From Plantibacter sp. RU18 (GTDB lineage: Bacteria > Actinomycetota > Actinomycetes > Actinomycetales > Microbacteriaceae): a DNA stretch of 32,000 bases. Shown one piece after another: positions 26,907 through 32,000 of this stretch. The DNA lies in NCBI RefSeq assembly GCF_050613355.1, contig NZ_CP159618.1:311581-343580 (forward strand), written 5' to 3'. The position numbers and the translations under genes are program-made. The notes under the pieces are model-generated. The model saw only the letters and a list, made by a program, of their open reading frames with translations, did not search any database and was not told where the DNA came from. How positions within the stretch are numbered: position 1 is the first letter of the stretch; each line of letters starts with the position of its first letter.

Positions 26907-27335
26907 ATGAAGAAGCTCTCTGTCATCGCAGCTGGCGGCATCCTGCTGCTCACCCTCGCTGGTTGCTCCGCCCCGGTGTCCAACAGCACCTCCACCCCAG
27001 ACCCCGAAGCGACGTCGTCGCAGGGCGCCACCGACCCCGACTACACCTTCCCCGAAGTCGACGGTGAGTGCGTCGACGGCACCGCTCTCGTCTCGGCAGA
27101 CGCGTCGAGCTCGATCATCACCATCGGCGACTGCGAGAACGTCGTCATCGAGGCGTCCAACAGCAAGGTCATCGTGGGCGCCGTCACCAACCTCACGGTC
27201 AACTCGTCGATCTCCCTCGTCGTGGCCGCGTCCGTCGAGCACATCACGTTCGGTGGCGAGGGCAACCGGGTCGTCACTTCGGGTGAACCCGTCGTCGAGG
27301 GTGACCTCGAGAGCAACACCGTCAACGCCGAGTAG
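26907..27335 (+). CDS. DUF3060-like lipoprotein (142 aa)
   Basis: ATG 26907 is inside ORF 26832..27335. The signal peptide and lipobox read MKKLSVIAAGGILLLTLAGC. A Ser/Thr/Pro linker follows, then short rungs (IITIGDCENVVIEASNSKVIVGAVTNLTVNSSISLVV) as in DUF3060. Confidence 0.8.
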   Translation: MKKLSVIAAGGILLLTLAGCSAPVSNSTSTPDPEATSSQGATDPDYTFPEVDGECVDGTALVSADASSSIITIGDCENVVIEASNSKVIVGAVTNLTVNSSISLVVAASVEHITFGGEGNRVVTSGEPVVEGDLESNTVNAE

Positions 27336-27369
27336 CCGCAGGCGCACCGCAAGCCTGCTCGTCCCCACA

Positions 27370-27405
27370 ACACCGGGTCGGTCGTCCCCACGACCGGCCC
27401 GGTGT
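27370..27405 (+). terminator. Hairpin closing the three-gene module
   Basis: ACACCGGGTCGGTCGT-CCCC-ACGACCGGCCCGGTGT: a 16-bp stem with one mismatch and no U tract. Confidence 0.55.
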
Positions 27406-27513
27406 CGCACTGTCGGTGCATGTCGACAAGCATCGAGGAGTAGGTGTTCCCAGGGGTTGTCGCGGTCGGACAACGTGTGAGCTCGGGTGGCGCCGCAGCG
27501 CTAGCATCCGAGG

Positions 27514-28074
27514 ATGCACCTGATCTTCCGCACGTTCCTCGTCATGATCCGTGCGCGGCGTCGACGCCGTCGTGGTGACACGCTCGGCTTCTGGGACGTC
27601 GGCCGGATCCGTCTGCGCGTGCTCCCCACCGATCTCGATGTCCTCCGCCACATGAACAACGGCGTGTACCTGTCGATCTTCGACCTCGGTCGCTTCGACC
27701 TGCTCGTGCGGAACGGGCTCTGGGCTGAGTTCGGCAGACGCGGCTGGTACCCGGTGGTGTCGAGCGAGACGATCACCTTCCGAAAGTCGCTCAACCCGTG
27801 GCAACGGTTCTCCGTCGAGACCCGGGTGATCGGCTACGACGAGAAGGGGGTGTTCATCGAGCACCGAGCCGTCGTCGGAGGCGAGATCTACACCCAGGCC
27901 ATCGTGCGGGGTCGCTTCCTGAAGCGCGCCGGCGGGACTGTCTCGATGACCGAACTGCTCGAGGTCACGGGGCTCCCGCCCCAGGGTGTGAGCCTCGCCG
28001 ACTGGCATGTCCAGTGGGCTCGCGACGTGGCTCTTCCGCCCACGAAAGCCCCCGCGCCGAGTGAGTGGAACTGA
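27514..28074 (+). CDS. Hotdog-fold acyl-CoA thioesterase family protein
   Basis: 186 aa. The stretch LRVLPTDLDVLRHMNNGVYLSIFDLGR... is typical of the thioesterase-like (4HBT-related) superfamily. Confidence 0.8.
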   Translation: MHLIFRTFLVMIRARRRRRRGDTLGFWDVGRIRLRVLPTDLDVLRHMNNGVYLSIFDLGRFDLLVRNGLWAEFGRRGWYPVVSSETITFRKSLNPWQRFSVETRVIGYDEKGVFIEHRAVVGGEIYTQAIVRGRFLKRAGGTVSMTELLEVTGLPPQGVSLADWHVQWARDVALPPTKAPAPSEWN

Positions 28075-28146
28075 GGCGAAAAGCTACCCTGATCAGACAC
28101 GCTGCATGACCGGGGATTTCCCCGTCAGTGTCGGTGGTGCTCACGT

Positions 28147-29187
28147 ATGGTGACTGTCATGTCAGCGATCGAGAGCCTCCCCGTGCGCCGCCGAACACCG
28201 GCGCTCGCGCCGTCCGGCACTCGCCCGACCGCGGCCGGGCCGGTCGCCGTGCGTGAACCGGTCGCCGAGCTTGTCGAGGCGCCCACCCACACCGTCTACC
28301 GCCCGGCCGGTCCGCTCGACGTGCACGCCACGCTCGCTCTCCTGTCCCGTGGTGGGGACGGTCCGTGCTTCCGCCGCACGCCCGGTGGTGTGTGGCTCAC
28401 CATGCGGACCCCGCAGGGCGGCGCGTCGCTCTTCGTCTCCACGATGCGGGGCGGTGAGGTCGAGGCCACTGCCTGGGGCAGCGGCGCGGAGTGGGCGATC
28501 AGCGGCATCCCCGAACTGCTGGGCGCGGGCGACGACTGGTCGCAGCTCGAGGTGTCAGGCAGTCCGCTACTCACGGAGGTGCTCCGTCGCAACCCCGGCG
28601 TGAGGCTCAGTCGCAACCGACTCGTCTTCGAGATGCTCGTGCCCTCGGTTCTCGAGCAGAAGGTCACGGCGCTCGAAGCCTGGCGGGCATGGCGCCTGCT
28701 GGTGCGTCACCACGGCGATCCAGCGCCCGGCCTCGCGCCGGAGGGCATGGTCGTTGCACCTGCACCCGATACGTGGCGCATGGTGCCGAGTTGGGAATGG
28801 CACGAAGCCGGCGTGGGGCCGCAGCGTTCCGAGACGGTCGTGCGGTCGTCACGGCTCGCGAGCGCGATCGAACGCACGATCGACGACGCCCCGGACGATG
28901 CATCGCGGCGCCTCCAGAGCCTTCCGGGAATCGGCGTCTGGACGGCCGCCGAGATCACGCTTCGTGCGCACGGCGATGCCGACGCGGTGAGCGTGGGCGA
29001 CTACCATCTCGCGGCCACAGTCGGGCAGGCGCTCACCGGTTCACCCGTCGACGACGACGGCATGCTCGAACTCCTCTCCCCGTGGGCCGGCCAGCGGCAG
29101 CGGGTGCTGCGCTTGATCGGGCTGAGCGGCATCCGCAAACCGCGGCGCGGTCCGAAGATCACCATCCAGGATCACCGCCGTCACTGA
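28147..29187 (+). CDS. HhH-GPD DNA glycosylase (AlkA / 3-methyladenine glycosylase II-like)
   Basis: Helix-hairpin-helix LQSLPGIGVWTAAEI, then the catalytic-Asp context VSVGDYHL. The start is uncertain (ATG 28147 or 28159), and the N-terminal ~45 codons include a REP-like core. Confidence 0.8.
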   Translation: MVTVMSAIESLPVRRRTPALAPSGTRPTAAGPVAVREPVAELVEAPTHTVYRPAGPLDVHATLALLSRGGDGPCFRRTPGGVWLTMRTPQGGASLFVSTMRGGEVEATAWGSGAEWAISGIPELLGAGDDWSQLEVSGSPLLTEVLRRNPGVRLSRNRLVFEMLVPSVLEQKVTALEAWRAWRLLVRHHGDPAPGLAPEGMVVAPAPDTWRMVPSWEWHEAGVGPQRSETVVRSSRLASAIERTIDDAPDDASRRLQSLPGIGVWTAAEITLRAHGDADAVSVGDYHLAATVGQALTGSPVDDDGMLELLSPWAGQRQRVLRLIGLSGIRKPRRGPKITIQDHRRH

Positions 29188-29197
29188 GGGCGGGGCG

Positions 29198-29339
29198 GTC
29201 CCTGAGCTTGTCGAACGGCGGTTCTGGGGTGTGTCGGGAGACAGTCCCTGAGCTTGTCGAAGGGTGGTTCTGGGGTGTGGTGGCGGGCTGGATGGTGCAC
29301 TTCGACAAGCTCAGTGACCGGGGTGCGCTCAGTGACCGG
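29198..29339 (+). repeat. REP-like cluster: two forward type-I units (46-bp period), one inverted unit, and an 18-bp-spaced 13-mer duplication
   Basis: GTCCCTGAGCTTGTCGAA(C/G)GG starts at 29198 and 29244. CTGAGCTTGTCGAAG (29248-29262) is the perfect reverse complement of CTTCGACAAGCTCAG (29300-29314). GCTCAGTGACCGG occurs at 29309 and 29327. Confidence 0.8.
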
Positions 29340-29360
29340 TGCTCGGTGTGCGGGACGGCC

Positions 29361-31055
29361 TCAGAGGGTTTCGAGGACGGCCTTGGCGGCGTTGTGGCCG
29401 CCGAGCCCACTGACGGCGCCACCGCGGCGGGCTCCGGCACCACAGAGCAGGACGCGCGGATGCGTCGTCGCCACGCCCCAGCGTTCCGCCGGGGTGACGC
29501 GCGTGGCGTCGTCTTCGAGGAACGGCCACGACAGTGCTCCGTGGAAGATGTTGCCGCCGGGCATGGCCAGGGAGTGCTCGAGGTCGAGGGTCGTCCGCGT
29601 CTCGATGCAGGCGCGCCCATCGGTATCGAGCAGCAAGAGGTCCTCGATGGGTTCGGCGAGCACGGCGTCCAGCGATCGCAGGACGGCCGCGGTGAGCTCC
29701 TCGCGGAACGCGTCGTGCCCGCCGGGAGTCGCATCAGCCGCCACCGCGAGGCGATGCGGCACATGCAGTCCGAACACCGTCAGCGTCTGCGCCCCGGCCG
29801 CCTGCAGCTCAGGCGAAAGGATGGTCGGGTCACTGAGGGTGTGGCAGTAGATCTCGAGCGGGAGCGGGTCGGGGATGCGGCCGGCCTCGGCTTCGAGGTA
29901 CGCGGCGTCGAGGCGCGCCCAGCCCTCGTTCACGTGGAAGGTGCCGCCGAACGCCGCCGCCGGGTCGACCGACGGATCGAGCAGGCGGGGCAGCCGTCGG
30001 ACGAGGAGGTTGACCTTCACCTGGGCGCCCTCCGGGGCAGGCGGGGAGGTGGCGATGGGCCCCTCGACAGACTTGGGGAGCGAGTCGAGCAAGCGGTCGA
30101 GCACCGCGGGTGCCGCGCCCGAGAGGATCCAATCGCCCTGGACCACGACGGACGGCTGCGGGACGTACGGCGAATCGACGTCGACGACACGGTCGGTCTC
30201 GGCGGCACGATCCACGTAGGCGACCAGGCCGTGCTCCGGGGTGATGGAGGTGACCTCGGCCATCGTCCTGATCTCCGCACCGGCTTCGACCGCCGCACGA
30301 GCGAGTTCATCGGTCACGGCGCCCATCCCGCCGATCGGGACGTCCCAGTCACCCGTCCCGCCGCCGATCAGGTGATAGAGGAAGCAGATGTTCTGCTGGA
30401 GACGCTCGTCGGAAGCACGGGCGAAGGTGCCGATGAGTGCGTCCGTGAGCACGACGCCTCGGACGAGGTCGGAGGTGGCCTCGTGTTCGATCATCGCGCT
30501 GATCGGCTGCTCGAACATCGCGGTCCAGATGTACTCGGCATCCGCATCGCTCATGCCGATGCCCACAGCGGCGGCACGCACGGCGGCCTGGGCCTCGGAG
30601 CGGGTGAGGAGCGGTTCGGTGACGGTCGGCCAGAGGGTGCGCGCGACGAGGTCCACCAGGCGGTGCAGCTCGGTAAGCCCACCTGAATCCGCCTCGGCGC
30701 CGATGCTGCGGAGCGACGCGGTCGTCGCCGCGTCGTCACCGTTGTCGACGAGGAGGCCCGTGCCCGGTCGCGCGGGATCGGGCGTGTAGGAGGAGTAGCG
30801 GCGCCGCACGAGCCGGACGTCGAGGCCGAGATCGTCGATGATCTGCTGGGGGAGGAGGCTCACGAGGTAGGAGTAGCGCGACAGCCGGGCGTCGACCCCG
30901 GCGAACGGACGCTCGGAGACGGCCGCGCCTCCCGTGTGGTCCAGGCGTTCGAGGACGAGCACGCGCTTGCCGGCCCGAGCGAGATAGGCGGCCGCAGTGA
31001 GTCCGTTGTGGCCGCCGCCCACGATGACGGCGTCGAAACGTTCGGCGAGGTGCAT
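29361..31055 (-). CDS. Phytoene-desaturase-family (CrtI/PYROXD2-like) FAD/NAD(P)-binding oxidoreductase
   Basis: 564 aa. The N-terminal dinucleotide fold is FDAVIVGGGHNGLTAAAYLARAGKRVLVLE. The C-terminus reads LLCGAGARRGGAVSGLGGHNAA. Confidence 0.85.
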   Translation of the reverse strand: MHLAERFDAVIVGGGHNGLTAAAYLARAGKRVLVLERLDHTGGAAVSERPFAGVDARLSRYSYLVSLLPQQIIDDLGLDVRLVRRRYSSYTPDPARPGTGLLVDNGDDAATTASLRSIGAEADSGGLTELHRLVDLVARTLWPTVTEPLLTRSEAQAAVRAAAVGIGMSDADAEYIWTAMFEQPISAMIEHEATSDLVRGVVLTDALIGTFARASDERLQQNICFLYHLIGGGTGDWDVPIGGMGAVTDELARAAVEAGAEIRTMAEVTSITPEHGLVAYVDRAAETDRVVDVDSPYVPQPSVVVQGDWILSGAAPAVLDRLLDSLPKSVEGPIATSPPAPEGAQVKVNLLVRRLPRLLDPSVDPAAAFGGTFHVNEGWARLDAAYLEAEAGRIPDPLPLEIYCHTLSDPTILSPELQAAGAQTLTVFGLHVPHRLAVAADATPGGHDAFREELTAAVLRSLDAVLAEPIEDLLLLDTDGRACIETRTTLDLEHSLAMPGGNIFHGALSWPFLEDDATRVTPAERWGVATTHPRVLLCGAGARRGGAVSGLGGHNAAKAVLETL

Positions 31056-31080
31056 GCGGTGAGCCTATCGTCGGGCGTGG

Positions 31081-31135
31081 GCACCTCGACAGGCTCGGTG
31101 GGCGGGAGGGGCAGCACCTCGACAGGCTCGGTGGG
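31081..31135 (+). repeat. Two perfect 22-bp type-II REP-like direct repeats
   Basis: GCACCTCGACAGGCTCGGTGGG occurs at 31081-31102 and 31114-31135. The first copy plus its flank matches 12456-12484 at 28 of 29 positions. Confidence 0.85.
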
Positions 31136-31206
31136 TCCAAAGTCTGGGGCGAGCGAGCAGGGTGCGCCTCAGCGGCACTCGCAGGGTGAGCGAATAGTCT
31201 GAGGGT

Positions 31207-32000
31207 ATGGCGAACCCTCTGGACGAGACGTCCACCGCGTCGGCCGCTCTCGCCGACCGTGCGATCGCGCTCGCCGCTGCCTGGGTGGAGGCCGGAGCGA
31301 AGGCCCCTGCCGACCCTGCCGCGGAGCGCCTCGCCAGTATCCTCCGGGACCCGAACGGCCTGAGTTTCGCGCTGGGGTTCGTGGACGGTGTCATGCGCCC
31401 GGGCGACCGACTCGTCGCGGGCAACACACTTCACGGCATCGCGCAGCTCGCCCCCGCCCAGTTGCCCTGGTACCAGCGCGCTGCCATCCACGCGGGCGGA
31501 GCCATCGGGCCGGTCATGCCCTGGGTGGTCATCCCCATCGCCCGCCGTGTGCTCCACGACATGGTCGGCCACCTCGTCGTGGACGGTCGCCCGAAGCAGC
31601 TCACCGAGCGCATCGCGGCACTCCACGAAGACGGTGCCGCCCTCAACCTCAACCTCCTCGGTGAGGCCGTGCTCGGTGAGGCGGAGGCGGCGAAGCGCCT
31701 CGAGGCCATCCGTGAGCTCCTGGAACGCCCCGACGTCAACCACCTGTCGATCAAGGTGTCGTCGATCGTCAGCCAGGTGTCGCTCTGGTCGTTCGAGCAG
31801 ACCGTCGCCCGAGTGGTCCGCCGCCTGACCCCGCTGTTCGAGGCGGGGCTGGCGAACGGCACCTTCATCAATCTCGACCTCGAGGAGTACCGCGACCTCG
31901 ACCTCACGATCGCCGTGTTCACGAGCCTCCTCGACCAGCCGCAGCTCCAGCGGTCCTCCGGGGGCATCGCCATCCAGGCCTACCTGCCCGATGCGCTCAC
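31207..32000 (+). CDS. putA: Bifunctional proline dehydrogenase / L-glutamate-gamma-semialdehyde dehydrogenase, 5' part (runs off the window)
   Basis: This frame is not in the supplied ORF track because no stop is reached. I read it by hand from ATG 31207 (an in-frame TAG lies at 31195). Proline dehydrogenase domain patterns: ALNLNLLGEAVLGE, HLSIKVSSI, INLDLEEYRDLDLT, GIAIQAYLPDA. Confidence 0.85.
   Translation, partial: MANPLDETSTASAALADRAIALAAAWVEAGAKAPADPAAERLASILRDPNGLSFALGFVDGVMRPGDRLVAGNTLHGIAQLAPAQLPWYQRAAIHAGGAIGPVMPWVVIPIARRVLHDMVGHLVVDGRPKQLTERIAALHEDGAALNLNLLGEAVLGEAEAAKRLEAIRELLERPDVNHLSIKVSSIVSQVSLWSFEQTVARVVRRLTPLFEAGLANGTFINLDLEEYRDLDLTIAVFTSLLDQPQLQRSSGGIAIQAYLPDAL

Noticed and set aside
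21859-27405. Calling the three-gene module a horizontally acquired island or mobile element.
   Set aside because: I saw no integrase, transposase, flanking tRNA or flanking direct repeats. The coding GC and codon style look like the rest of the window. Only comparative genomics could show accessory status.
27419-27437. GTCGACAAGCATCGAGG as another REP-like copy downstream of the lipoprotein gene.
   Set aside because: Only the 9-mer TCGACAAGC is shared and the flanks do not match either core type. It is too weak to call.

Overview
This is a very GC-rich (about 70% by eye) actinobacterial chromosome segment. Gene content and repeat types suggest Micrococcales/Microbacteriaceae, but that is inference. 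Coding density is high and most of the window is core metabolism.

Gene order:
- A translationally coupled heme operon (hemH 5'-truncated, hemC, hemD, hemB, hemL).
- A small hypothetical gene and two tandem DUF4190-like membrane proteins.
- A minus-strand block: AcuI/YhdH-type reductase, ABC-2 permease plus ATPase, L-lactate dehydrogenase, SRPBCC protein, TrhO-type rhodanese.
- A beta-oxidation-like cluster: thiolase, 3-hydroxyacyl-CoA dehydrogenase, enoyl-CoA hydratase, SDR.
- A NUDIX hydrolase and a ClgR-like XRE regulator.
- The methylcitrate operon prpD-prpB-prpC.
- A hotdog thioesterase, an HhH-GPD DNA glycosylase, a CrtI-like FAD oxidoreductase (minus strand) and the 5' part of putA.

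The part that does not fit this housekeeping context is a terminator-bounded three-gene module at about 21.9-27.4 kb. It encodes two tandem paralogous ~745-aa secreted proteins and a small DUF3060-like lipoprotein. Each large protein has a signal peptide, a Cys-pair N-terminal domain and six Ig-like repeats, with no wall or membrane anchor. All three genes sit behind AT-rich islands that share a TGATAT(G/T)NT extended -10-like motif.

Non-coding structure is also notable:
- A dispersed REP-like repeat family (cores CCCTGAGCTTGTCGARGGG and GCACCTCGACAGGCTCGGTG) occupies at least seven intergenic loci, often in tandem or inverted sets.
- Two tandem 130-bp hairpin-forming elements fill the prpD-prpB spacer.
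- Twin GCACGTGC-centred palindromes lie in front of the enoyl-CoA hydratase gene.

I saw no rRNA, tRNA, CRISPR array, transposase or integrase. All homology calls come from motif recognition by eye, with no searches run.
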